A program made the translations under genes and the position numbers. From Podarcis liolepis (lineage: Eukaryota), in NCBI GenBank assembly GCA_965112155.1, contig OZ218099.1: a DNA stretch of 64,000 nt. One strand, 5' to 3'. Shown here piece after piece: positions 11,840 through 23,739 of the stretch. The notes beneath the pieces were generated by a model, which was not told the DNA's origin, ran no database searches, and worked only from the letters and a program-made list of their open reading frames with translations. Positions within the stretch are counted from its first letter, which is position 1. Each line of letters opens with the position of its first letter.

Positions 11840-14169
11840 CAATATGTGAGTGCAACCGGTGCAGCTTTGCAGAAATAGGTTTTCCAAGCCAAGCTTGTTC
11901 AATGTAATCAATGTGCAGTTTATGCCATGGTTGTTTCACAGTCCCGAGTCTTTTTTAAGTTTAACAAGAAACTGAAGCGCTTCACATTTTACTCCACCCA
12001 TTGGATATGTGCCAATGAGTGGCTGAAGGCAGACCATAATGGTTTCTTCAGCTGCATCATATGGCTTCACCAATTCATTTGGGAATCTCAGCCTTGTGGT
12101 GCCCTGGGGTAGTTTGTTCCCTTTCTCTGCACCCCAATTCCACTCTCCTAGGTAATGTGGACATATTCTATTCATATGCAAGTTCTTTTGAATCCCATTA
12201 ATTTCAATGGATGAGTTTGGCTGCAATTCTACAGACACTATCCTGAACAAAAGTCCCATTGAACACGGTGGTATGGGACCTATATCTAGCAGAGATGCTT
12301 ATGATTACATGAATATGAATCCCAAAGAGACTTAAAATGGGACATAATTAAAGCTGGACTTTGGCCTGTTTTTAGAGCACCCTGTTGTCTCCTGAGTTGT
12401 GGTGCAGAACATTGTGAGGGCACCAGGGAGATGAAGACTGCTTTTCAGTGCCCCCATAGCGCAAATTCATCTCTCATTCCCATTGGCTGACTTCCAGAAA
12501 AAAGACACAGAGCCTATCTTTTTTGGCTGGTTGGTAAACTTGTGTAGGAGTTAAGATTCCTGTGGTGTTTAACTATTTGAGGTTTTAGTCTTCTCTTTCA
12601 TTGCTCATTGGAATTAATCACTCACTCTTTCAATTATTTGCATACACCCAAAAGCCAAGGATGTCTGGGCAGGCACTGGGCACATTTTTTAGAAATAGTA
12701 ATTTGTGCTCTTCTGCCATCTTTGATGACCACCAGAAATGGCACTGCTACATAAATTTGTATCCACATTATTAATGCAATAATGGATTGTTGGAATCAGT
12801 GGTGGCTGCTATGGAAGATTTGGAAATAATGCTTATATAACAAGGGGAAGTGTTGCTCCTTCCAGCACCAGATACACCTGATTTAGCTTTTAAAAGGAGA
12901 AGAAAAATACCTAAGACATTAAACCTCTTATCCTCCGCCTGATAGAGCAATATTGGAAAAACCTGTTATTTGGCAGCAAATGGGTTTATTAACTTCTAAA
13001 GGGGACCATGTGTTTGAATGTGATAGGGAAAGGAGCATTCGTCAGAGTGCTCATTGGATCAAAAGATGAATTAATCCTTTGAAGAAACCTAGCATTTCAA
13101 ATCTGCAACTTTAAACAATCTACCAGGCTACAGACACAGAGCCACGGAAATGCTGCCTAATCCCTTTCATCACACTGAAAGTTGATCTGCTGCTTTTGGT
13201 TCCAACGCCCAGAAAGTTGATCTGCCACTCCTGTCTTGGGGAAAGAAGTGCAATCCAGAACTCTGGAAGGTAAACATAAATGACAACATCTGGTTGTGTT
13301 TGGTAGAATGAAGTAGCAATGTCTAGTGATGGGATGAATCATAATGCAAGTGTCACTGCTCAGTAGATAGAGAGATTGTCCCAACACCTCTGGATTTTGG
13401 ACAACCCAAAGCTGGTTCCCACTATCTCTGGATGAGAGACTGTCTGCAGCATATGTTGCACTTTCAACCTCTCAAGTTCCCTCCTCCCTCCTTAACTCAA
13501 TTTGTCTTGATTCAGACCCTACTACTCCTACAAAGTGTGCCACACTCATCATCTCACATATACAACCAGCATATATTTGACTGTATCCCGTGTATATCTC
13601 ATTTTATTATATGTAAGTTTAATGAAATATTGTGCACACCAACAGCACGTATTTTGTAAATATTTATTTAAAGGATTAATATCCTACTTTTTGACTGAAG
13701 TGCTCGATGTGGTTCACAATATTAATAAAGTTTGGTGGGTGGGATTAAAGCTAAGTTGGTTCCACTTAGTTCTCAATGAGATCAATGGGACTTGACACAG
13801 GACCAAACTACATATTACATTAGTCATATTTATTTATTCATTCATTCATGTGAGGGGTATTAAATCCCATACTTTGGTCAAAAAGGATCCCAAAGCAGCT
13901 TACACAGATTAATGGAAAGATAGTACCAGTCTGTGCCCTTAGGCTTACCATTTAAAAGATGCAGTGCAAAAGGAGCTAGCATGTGGATCCGCAATGTGCC
14001 CCTCTTATGTTTATATTGCTCTAGTTGTAACATTTGGGGCTTAATTGGAGGTCCAATGTGGTTTAGGCATTAGAGTGTTGAACCAGCAGCCCAGAAACCC
14101 AGTTCAAACCCAGCTGTTTGTAGGGGTGCCTTTGAAAACAATCCGAAAGCTTGAATTACTGCAGGAGGC

Positions 14170-14630
14170 AATACATTGTTTTATTAGCCAAAGGCCTGGA
14201 AGAAGAGGAATGTTTTTGCCTGACTCCTGAATATATGTAATGAAGGAGCCAGGTGAGCTCTCTTGAGCATTCCACAAATGGGGAGCCAACCACAGAAAAG
14301 GCCCATTCTCACGTTACCACCCTCTGGACCTCTCATGGAAAGAGAACATAAAGAAGGGCCTCAGATGACAATTGCAGGGTCTGGGTCAGTTCATATGGGG
14401 AGAGGCAGTTCTTGAGGTATTGTAGTCCTGAGCCATTTAAGAGTTTATAGCTCAAAGCCAGCACTTAGAATTGGGCCCAGAAACTGTTTGGCAGCCACCG
14501 CAGTCGAGCCAGGATTGGTGTCATATGCTTAAACCACTTTGCCCCAGTGAACAACTTGGCCGCTGAATTCTGCACCAGATGAAGTTTCTGAACCATCTTC
14601 AGAGACAGCCCCACATATGCTTGTAGCATA
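14170..14630 (-). mobile_element. L2 LINE ORF2 C-terminal fragment
   Basis: ORF 14465-14656 reads YVGLSLKMVQKLHLVQNSAAKLFTG...HMTPILARLRWLP...AQF, the typical L2 LQLVQNAAARL..HITP.L..LHWLP motif. Confidence 0.85.
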
Positions 14631-15411
14631 ACCAAAGACTGCTGGGCCTGTAGCATTCAAGTAAGTAGCCATATTAATTTTGCATGAAACTGATAATCCC
14701 TTTCCTTCTTTCTAGTAATGAATGGCACAACAGTAGCATCATAAACCACTTCTGCCACATGGTAGGCATTGCAGGCTCAATTGCTGCATTCCTTTTTTTA
14801 TGTCCCCAGAGGATGACAGTGAGCAAACCTTGGGGACTTAGTGGCCCAGATGCCACCACATTGTTTTCTGGAGGGCAGATTAGATGCTATCAGAAGGTAG
14901 CCGCTAAGAATTATTAGTGATCTCAGCTGGATCAATGCCACTGCTGTTTATAGCCTGCAGGCAGTCAATCCTCTTAAGTCTTTGATCCCCATGGCTTCAT
15001 TTCATTGCACTTGTCCTGAGAAGAGGCTGCAGGAAATATAACCTTCCTGCCTCCCAGACAGACAGCTGTCATTCTGCCTGGTCAAAGCTGCAGATGAGGA
15101 TTTCTGCTGAGGTTACTGGCATGAATGATGAGCTCGCCAGAATCAACCGCATATCTTTAATCCTTAAAAAGAGAAGATTCTTCTGCTTCCTCATTCCCGA
15201 GATAGCTATTTTGAGCCCAAGATGCCACAGTGTCACATTTAGCTATCCCATCCCTATGCATCTGGAGAGCTCTGTAATTGCTTTCTTTTCCGAGGTGGTA
15301 GCTTCAAAACTCAACATAAGTTATTTGTCTCATGGGAAGATGACTTTAGAATTTATTTATTTATTTATTTATTTGGATTTATATACCGCCCTATACCCAG
15401 AGCTCCTAGGC

Positions 15412-15587
15412 CAGAGCCATAGCTACGGGAGGCAGAGGGCTAGTTGGTCTTTTGCCCCAGGTGAAGCCTACAGAGGGTTCCCATTTAGACTCCCATCCTC
15501 TGTGTGTGTGTGTCCATGCAAATTTGCGTGGGTGGGTGCCAAACTGGGTCTTTGATCCAGGTGAACTGCAGCCTCCTTTCGCCCCTG
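15412..15587. mobile_element. hAT MITE
   Basis: CAG...CTG ends; TSD tcctaggc/ccctaggc. Confidence 0.6.
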
Positions 15588-16676
15588 CCCTAGGCTCCTG
15601 CATGTGGTTCCTCCACCATCGTACCCACCCCAGCAGAAGGCCTCTACCCAAGTCAGCTAAGCCGGGGCCCTTTGAGGAAATGCTCAGGAAAGCTGATGTG
15701 TCAGATCTATTCGTTTTGTTTTAATTCGTAAAAATGTTTATATACCACTAACTTGCATAGAAAGCATCTAAGGAGTGCAAAGCAAATATAAAGTCACAAT
15801 AAATAAAAGGGGAAAAAACATGAAAGCAGAAAATGTGGGGCAATGCATTTCAGATGGAATTGGATATGCTCACTGTTTTACATAGGATGCATGTGAGGGT
15901 CTTTGCCAAGTCTAACAGTGAGGAGGATGAAGCCGCTCAGCATTTATATCTCTATAAATGCATCATCTTTGGGATACTTGGAGTGGGGGGAGAGAGAGAG
16001 AGACACCTGGCAGGAGACTGACAGCAAAACTGCTTTATTGCCAGTACGAAAGCATGACAAAGAGGACCATCCTGGCCTTGTCAACCCATTTTGCAATCCT
16101 CCTACCCCCGGAGAGGCCTTTGATGCTCAGCAATTTGTGGCAACCTTTCAAGACAGAACAGGGTGTCTCTCTAATTAAATGTGAAATCTCCCCCCATTTT
16201 GGCTGCAGCTTTAATTCATCATGTTTCGCAGCTGGTGTAATGATACTGTGCAGTGCATCTGTGATGGAATTTTCACCATTAGGAACTTCCTTTTGTATTC
16301 CAAACAAATTCGAATACCGGTGCCTTATCTGCAATAGCTGCCTTATCAGCACTCCAAAGAGGACATAGCAAAAGAATGGCATTGGTTTGGGTTGATTGGC
16401 GAGAAAGGAGAGACAATTCACTGGGAAAGGCAGATGTAGGAGGTTTCTGAACTGTCCAGTATGAGGGATGGGCGATTCCTAATAACCTTAGCCAGCAAAA
16501 AATAAATAAAAGAACCTGTAACACTGGTTTGATCATCTCCCCCTTTGGGAGACAATTTTGTGAAAACTTCACAGTGGAGACCAACATGGAAGTTGTATTG
16601 AGTTGGCATGGGTTTGATAGTCCTGTTGCCACTATGTGCTTAGCTCATCTGATTAATGATTTTTGCAGTGTTACAT

Positions 16677-16959
16677 TTTGTTGTTCTTGGTGTTTCGTCG
16701 TTTAGTCATGTCCGACTCTTCGTGACCCCATGGACCAGAGCACGCCAGGCACACCTGTCTTCCACTGCCTCCCGTAGTTTGGTCAAACTCATGCTGGTAG
16801 CTTCGAGAACAGTATCCAACCATCTCGTCCTCTGTCGTCCCCTTCTCTTTGTGCCCTCCATCTTTCCCAACATCAGGGTCTTTTCCAGGGAGTCTTCTCT
16901 TCTCATGAGGTGGCCAAAGTATTGGAGTCTCAGCTTCAGGATCTGTCCTTCCAGTGAGC
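16677..16959 (-). mobile_element. 5'-truncated RTE-BovB LINE
   Basis: Encodes SLEGQILKLRLQYFGHLMRREDSLEKTLMLGKMEGTKRRGRQRTRWLD...LVHGVTKSRT (BovB ORF C-terminus). (CAA)-like tail and perfect 12-bp TSD gcagtgttacat (16665-16676 / 16960-16971). Confidence 0.93.
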
Positions 16960-17595
16960 GCAGTGTTACATACACAATCGCAATGATACACATGAGTCAG
17001 TCATCTGAGTCTCCACTGTGTGATGATGACTGCAAGTTATTCCGCAGAGGCAATAGACTCAGTCTGCAGAAACTACCTATGAGGTGGTGTTCCTGGGTGG
17101 TACCACTTTAGACTGCAGGGAGAAGAATCACATGATTGAATGTTTCCCCTCAATTATTATTTTTTTATTACCCTGCCCAGAGAACATTAAGAGAAAAGGA
17201 GAAAGATTTTAGTTTAGTCATTCCCTCTCATGTTAGTTTTCCATCTGAAAGGATTTATTGTGAGGGAACATTCAAACATGCAAAATAGCATCCCTCTCTG
17301 CCATCACTTTCAAGAGATGGGATTGTTGAGAAGCAGTTTACAACCTCATCTACTCTTTGTTTTGGAGAAACAGGATTTCATGCCACAGAGGGATGCTCTA
17401 CTCCAGAAGTAGGCAATGTGGTACCCTCCAGATGTTGCTGGACTACAACTTTCAGCAACCCTGACCATTGGCCCTCCTGGTTGGAGCTGATGGGAATTGG
17501 AGTCCTAGATTAGAAGGGCATAGAATGGTATCTCCAACTCAAAGAACACAGACTTTAAAAAATATATATTAAGTTTTACAAAAAAAATTAACATA

Positions 17596-17837
17596 CAGTG
17601 GTACCTCGGGTTACATATGCTTCAGGTTACATACGCTTCAGGTTACAGACTCCGCTAACCCAGAAATAGTACCTCGGGTTAAGAACTTTGCTTCAGGATG
17701 AGAACAGAATTTGTGTTCCAGCGGCGCGGCAGCAGCGGGAGGCCCCATTAGCTAAAGTGGTGCTTCAGGTTAAGAACAGTTTCAGGTTAAGAACGGACCT
17801 CTGGAATGAATTAAGTACTTAACCCGAGGTACCATTG
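17596..17837. mobile_element. Tc1/pogo (Tigger-like) MITE
   Basis: TA|CAGTGGTACCTCGGGTTA ... TAACCCGAGGTACCATTG|TA; same family as 58144-58369. Confidence 0.88.
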
Positions 17838-20604
17838 TAAAGACTGCCAACAATATATTCACAAAGTAAGTTCCCAGTCTGTCGGTCCACCCCCCCCCCC
17901 ACTTTCCCCAACTTCCCCTTCTGGTTTTTTACATATTCATTTCTCCTGCTTGTAATCTATATGCAGCTGAAAATTCCACATTGTTATTATATTCTTAACA
18001 TTTTATCCTCCTCTTCATATTCTATATGTTTTGTTATTTGTAAGTGTTTAGTCAAACCCTCATAGAACACACACTTAATTAGTTGGAAGGAAAGGTGTGA
18101 GTCTTGCCCTCTCAAACAAAACTGGCCAGCTGCAAAGTTTCTTAAGTTGTCAGGCCCAGTCTTCACAAACAATTGCCCAGTTTATAACCTGTACTATTTT
18201 GCACAGGGGGTGGAGACATTGCATCTGTGCATACAGAAAATGACATGTCAAAAAACATTTCTGCCTCATGTCATATATTTCATTTGTTAGGAAATGTATA
18301 TGTTGGTTTTCAGTTCCATCAAGAACAACCAAAGTGGTTTGCATAAGAAAACCACAGCGTAATTTATATTAAAATGTAATCATTTTAATCACATCAAATA
18401 AAAAACAGGCACAATAATCACAAGATCAACACCAGGATCTGGCATAAATGGTCAGAAGGATGCTTGAGTATATAGAAAACATTCAGTCATATCACCACCT
18501 GCATTCTAGAGCATTGTAGTCAAGGAACATGTTTACCATGCAATTTTCTGTTTATGTAGATGGCTTATGATATACACTTAGTCTAGAACTCCCACCTTCA
18601 TTTCCCCTTCTCCATATATATACCTTACAGCAATCTCCCCAAACAGGTCCTCTCCAGGAGTTTTGAACTACACATCTTATCAGATGCAGGCAGCAGCAAC
18701 TTCATACAGCCATACTGACTGGGGTTGATGGGAGTTGTAGTCCAAAATATCTAGGGGGTGCCTGGTCAGCGAAGGCTGCTTCAAAGGCATTCTAAGAAAA
18801 GTTTTGCTTCTAGGTCTGAAATATTGTACAATCTGCTGCCTGTGCCAAGAAGAAAATGACATTTCATTAAGCTCTGAAATCTGAGCAGAGAGAAAAGGAA
18901 GTTTAATAGTACAATTATGTTTTGGTTGCTGCCTTTAATCCTAACGATCTCCCCCAGCATGGGGAAGAAGGGCTTTTATGAACCACGCCAGTTGCTTCTG
19001 TGACAGAAGCTAGACTGACCAAGGGAAATGAATTCACTTTTTTTTCCCATATAAAGATATCGCAAGAGAGAGAGAGAGAGAGCGCAAGCACGCCTGGACG
19101 CGAAATACACCCTAGCAGATGTGTAATATCATTAAAGCTGGCTCTAATATAATCTAAGCCACAGTTTGGTGTATTAATGCTTTGTTTATCTTGAAGCACA
19201 GATGGATATTTTTATTAGCATTACTCTGTTGATGCAGCTTCAGGAAAGGTTAGTCCAGAGGGCAGATGTCTATGTTATGAGAGAACATTCGCTCTGAAGC
19301 TGACTAGCAGGAAAGGTGAAGCCTTTCCATGAAATGTCAATTAGAGAATTAAACCTTGTAGATGTTGGCGGCCAGGAATGTCAGTGCAGACTTTAGAAGC
19401 AATTAAATCTAGTTATTTATTTATTTATTTTTTAAAAAAATCCTTCTTTCACTCCTACTGCAGGAAATAGGTACATTTTTATCAAATACTTTCTTTTTCT
19501 TTTTTGCTGGTTCTTTTCAAAGAGGGTAGTCCAAAACTCCTTTCTCTTAGATTAATTGGCATAGCGCTTAATATCCTGCTGAGGGGACAATGGAAAATAT
19601 TCTCGTGATTAGGATGCTAGGAAATGAGGGAAGGGAGAGGAGGGGTTGAATTTGGGGCTAACTCTGGAGCCCATTGACAATGGAAAGGACACTTTTGCGC
19701 AACCTTTTTCATTCCCTTTTAAGGAGCACTGATGTTACTTAGGGATAAGCACTAAGTCCACATTTAATACCGGAGCAAGAATGAATTCTGGGAGTGACAT
19801 TCTGCAGGGCTTAAGGGTTTCATGAAATAATTAGCATAGGAAAGAGTGAGTCAGTCCGTACCTACGGCCAAATCATAACCCTGAGGATGTTGCAAGTTCT
19901 GGCTTTGATATCCTGGCTGTGCAAAGGAGTCTTTTCTTCAGGTTAGTAGTACAGACCTTTTAGAGACTCTGAAAACATCCTAGCTGGATCCAGTCCAGAT
20001 CTTTTGAATACTCTGAGCAAGATCAAATCCAAAGTATCAATAAGAACTGCAGCAAGCAGGCAATTTCACAGCATGAATTATGTTTGAGCTCTGCTTCTTT
20101 ATTATGCTGAATCATTTACCAGAAGCAGCCATGACACTGTCAAATATTTCATTCCACAAACATAGAACAGTTTCCACAAAAGCTTTAAATGTAGCGAATA
20201 CACCACATACTTAAACTGGCCATCTTCAACTTCAGTTTGCCTTTTTCACTTACGGGAAACAGAGAAAGGTAATTTTTGAAAATCCCTGTGTTAGTGTGAC
20301 ACTATGGGCCTAAATAAAAGTTACAGGGTCTTGTAGCTCCTGACAGCATGAGTTTCCTCCAAACTTCTCCATGGTAATCTCTTGTAAAATGAATACGTGA
20401 TGTAACATCATTTTGATAAGTATTTTCATGTCCCCACTCCAATTCACTGGGTGCCACTTCGAGAGAAAATATCTGGGAAGGGGGAAACACTGAATGAGAT
20501 GAATCTTTGTTACATGTGCTGGGTTTTATTGGGGATGCCCGTGGCTGAGATATGGGCTGGAGGCAGCTACATGATAACCACCATAGCATCCTGTTCGGTC
20601 CTCT

Positions 20605-20944
20605 AGGTAAAGGTAAAGGGACCTCTGACCGTTAGGTCCAGTCGTGACTGACTCTGGGGTTGCGGCGCTCATCTCGCTCTTTAGGCCGAGGAACCAGCGT
20701 TTGTCCACAGACAACTTCCGGGTCAAGTGGCCAGCATGACTAAGCCGCTTCAGGTGAACCAGAGCAGCGCACAGAAACGCCATTTACCTTCCTGCCGGAG
20801 CGGTTCCTATTTATCTACTTGTACTTTGATGTGCTTTCGAACTGCTAGGTTGGCAGGAGCAGGGACCGAGCAGATTCGAACCACTGTCCTTCTGATCAGC
20901 AATTCCTAGGCTCTGTGGTTTAACCCACAGTGCCACCTGCATCA
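20605..20944 (-). mobile_element. Sauria SINE, near full length
   Basis: Minus strand runs gcaggtggcactgtgggttaaaccacagagcctagg ... cagaggtccctttacctttacc. 13-bp TSD tgttcggtcctct / tgtttggtcctct; short internal deletion next to the B box relative to the recalled consensus. Confidence 0.92.
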
Positions 20945-23402
20945 TGTTTGGTCCTCTGAAGGGCCATTAATGTGTGCATTGTGTAAAGCCCCAAGGAGTA
21001 AGCATCTGACCATTTTAAGGTAGGGGAGCAGAACCTTATTTCTTTAGAGAGTCACATTACAGTGCAAGGAGAAGTGATATCTATCAGGGACCGCATGCTG
21101 GAGCTGGAGGTGCTAACTGATGATTGGTGGAGGCAAATATAAAAATGTCACAGATTTTGTAATCTTGAATGATGGCCGCTCACCCCGTCCATAAAATGTA
21201 GGTGGCAATTGTGACCCGGCATGTCAGCTCCTTCTCTCTCTCTCTCTCTCGTGGAGCACCCCATTTCCCCCTACGGCCGTTGGCTCGCACCCCCTGGCTG
21301 CTACGGAGCATCACGGGTCACCTGCCAGACCCTGTTTTGTATCACTCCCATCTGCAATGGGAACAGACCTAGGAGTGGCAGTCTTCACTCCAGTCCACTC
21401 CAGGACCATAAAGAACTGGCTGGCGCTGCTCACTCCTTCTGATATTCAGATCGCCGTGAAGAACCACCCCATCATTAGTTTCACTTGGAGTTTTGACCAA
21501 CCCTTGACCAACCCCAAGCATTAAAAAATGGTGGTTCATATTTCCAAAAAGAAATATTGATCAACTGATGAGACTCTAAAATTGTGGTCCTCAATATCGC
21601 TTTAATTATTATTTCACTGATTTTCATTCAGATATGCTAGAAAAATAACAACTTTATCTGCTTGTTCCAAACTGAAGGTCATCACCTCTATAGGCAGAGC
21701 AACCTTCAGCACTAGATTTTTATCCGATGAGTCCCTCTCATTCCAACCTAACCATGTATTTCTTTTTTATTATTAATAAGTGGAGATTAGAGTTAGCTTT
21801 ACTCATATGCTTGGGATCAATTTGGATCATCTACCTCGAAGCTATTACAAATGAGTGTGTCATCCTTTGGTGATGCTTTTCGTAATTAATGGCATAAATG
21901 GGAGGCAGCAGATTCCGTAATCTGAATAATGTGTTTGCAAACATCTGCTATGCTGGGAGGAGAAGTGGGGAGGGGAGGAACCCTCCGTCATGGAACAATT
22001 CTGGAAGTTTTTGGAAAGTCATTGAGGAACAGAAGGATGGGAGAGTTTATTTTGTAGAAGACTCCTGGAAGGATTCTTCAAGATAAAGCATTCCTCATAC
22101 CTTCCCTACATTACTCACATCAGGTGACTGCTAATTATATTTATGCCTTGATACAATTTGCTAGTTTGGTATGGATAGGTGAAGTCTGTGCTTCGTCATC
22201 TTGGCATCTTCTTTAAAAAAAAAAGACGGATGAAAAATCATCAGGAGCATGGAGCCAGGAGCAAGAAAGATAAATAACGCCAGGAAGCTGATCGCTGCCC
22301 GTCTGTCATAAAATTTCATTAGTTCTGACAGCCTGTACAACATAAGCAATGAATGAATACTAACTATACTTCCTCCCTGTCTGCTTCCATATTTCACTCG
22401 TATCGCTTGGCCCACAGAAAGCACCAGGCTAGGCCAGCCTGGGAGGAAAGAGCTGCCAGAGCATTCACACACTAAATTATAGTCTACCCCATTAGAATTA
22501 TCTATGAAGAAGAAGGGAAAGGGCGGTGGTGGCTATATTTAATATACAGACTTTCTCAACACTGTGCTTTGCATGCTGTGCAGCAAAAGACGAGAGGAGA
22601 CTGAACTATTATAAGAAGATTGTCTTCCTACAGATCTGTGGGTACTTTTGCAATCACAGATACAAGGGAAACACCAGTTTTACTTTAACCATGGTAAGGC
22701 CTTTATTTTGACATCTCTCACTGTCAGAAAGCGAATCAATATCCACTCTATCACACCGCCAAAATTGTGCTTCCCTGCATTTAAGGTGAAATGTTATTTT
22801 CTAGCTCTCGGACAAACCTTTGCAAACTTGCATCTAGAATTATGGGGGAAGGTTTTGAACATAGATTGGATATTGGAATGGATTATGCTACTGGTTTATT
22901 TTAATCATACTTTGAGTAGTGTCTGGCTTTTTATTGTACTAATATATGATTGATGATGGCCTCTGGCTAAGCAACAACATCTGGAATCCATGGGGTAAGA
23001 GCCTTACAGGAAGATGCAGGCAATGGAATGGTTAAACACCCCTGTACACTGCTCTGCTCTGAATTGCCCCTTCCTGAAGCTACGGTACTTTCCCCTATAA
23101 GAAGCAGCCATTGGAGTTTAATATGCATCTGCTTGAAATGTCTGTGCAGCTTCGAAGGGGCACCTATTGACACATTTCCATTGGTTTGAACTCCTGCTTA
23201 CAAAACTGTGACCCACTTCCACACAGTAAGCCCTAGTGCAGCTCCAATTATCCTTTAGTACCGTCAGCAGTCCACTTAGAGTTGTTGCATCAATAAACGT
23301 ATAATAGAATACACAACATATAACAAATCAAAAGCATGCCGTATTGTTTGGTGATTTGTTTTCCAGTGTTCAATAGGTGTCCATTTATTAATACTTCCTT
23401 TC

Positions 23403-23406
<4 letters not shown>

Positions 23407-23440
<34 letters not shown>
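23407..23440. repeat. (CA)n microsatellite
   Basis: Direct reading. Confidence 0.95.
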
Positions 23441-23443
<3 letters not shown>

Positions 23444-23630
23444 ATTTTTGATATGAAAGCATACTCATGCAACTTAGTTTCCCATTAAGACAATATAGGT
23501 ATCACTGACAACTTTGGGGATCTTGCATAGCATATCTGTGCAACAACTATTACATATGATAAGCTGGAAGCATTTTAAGCAGGGGTGGAGGAGATACAGA
23601 TCACTTTAAAAAAAATCAAATAATCTAAAG

Positions 23631-23739
23631 CAACCTTCCCCAGCTTTGGGTCCTTCAGCTATTGGTGGACCATGACCCAAAGGTCAGAGATGCCGGGAGG
23701 TGTCCCAGCAACATCTGGGGACCCAAGATTGGGGGACTG
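23631..23739. mobile_element. hAT MITE related to the 9479 family
   Basis: Perfect 8-bp TSD atctaaag (23623-23630 / 23740-23747); internal caacatctgg. Confidence 0.7.

Noticed and set aside
16656-17111. 151-aa and 106-aa ORFs as host genes
   Set aside because: Antisense and alternative frames of the BovB fragment.
21560-21600. CTGATGA motif as a second hammerhead core (also ~46515)
   Set aside because: No stem II followed by GAAA and no closing stem I.
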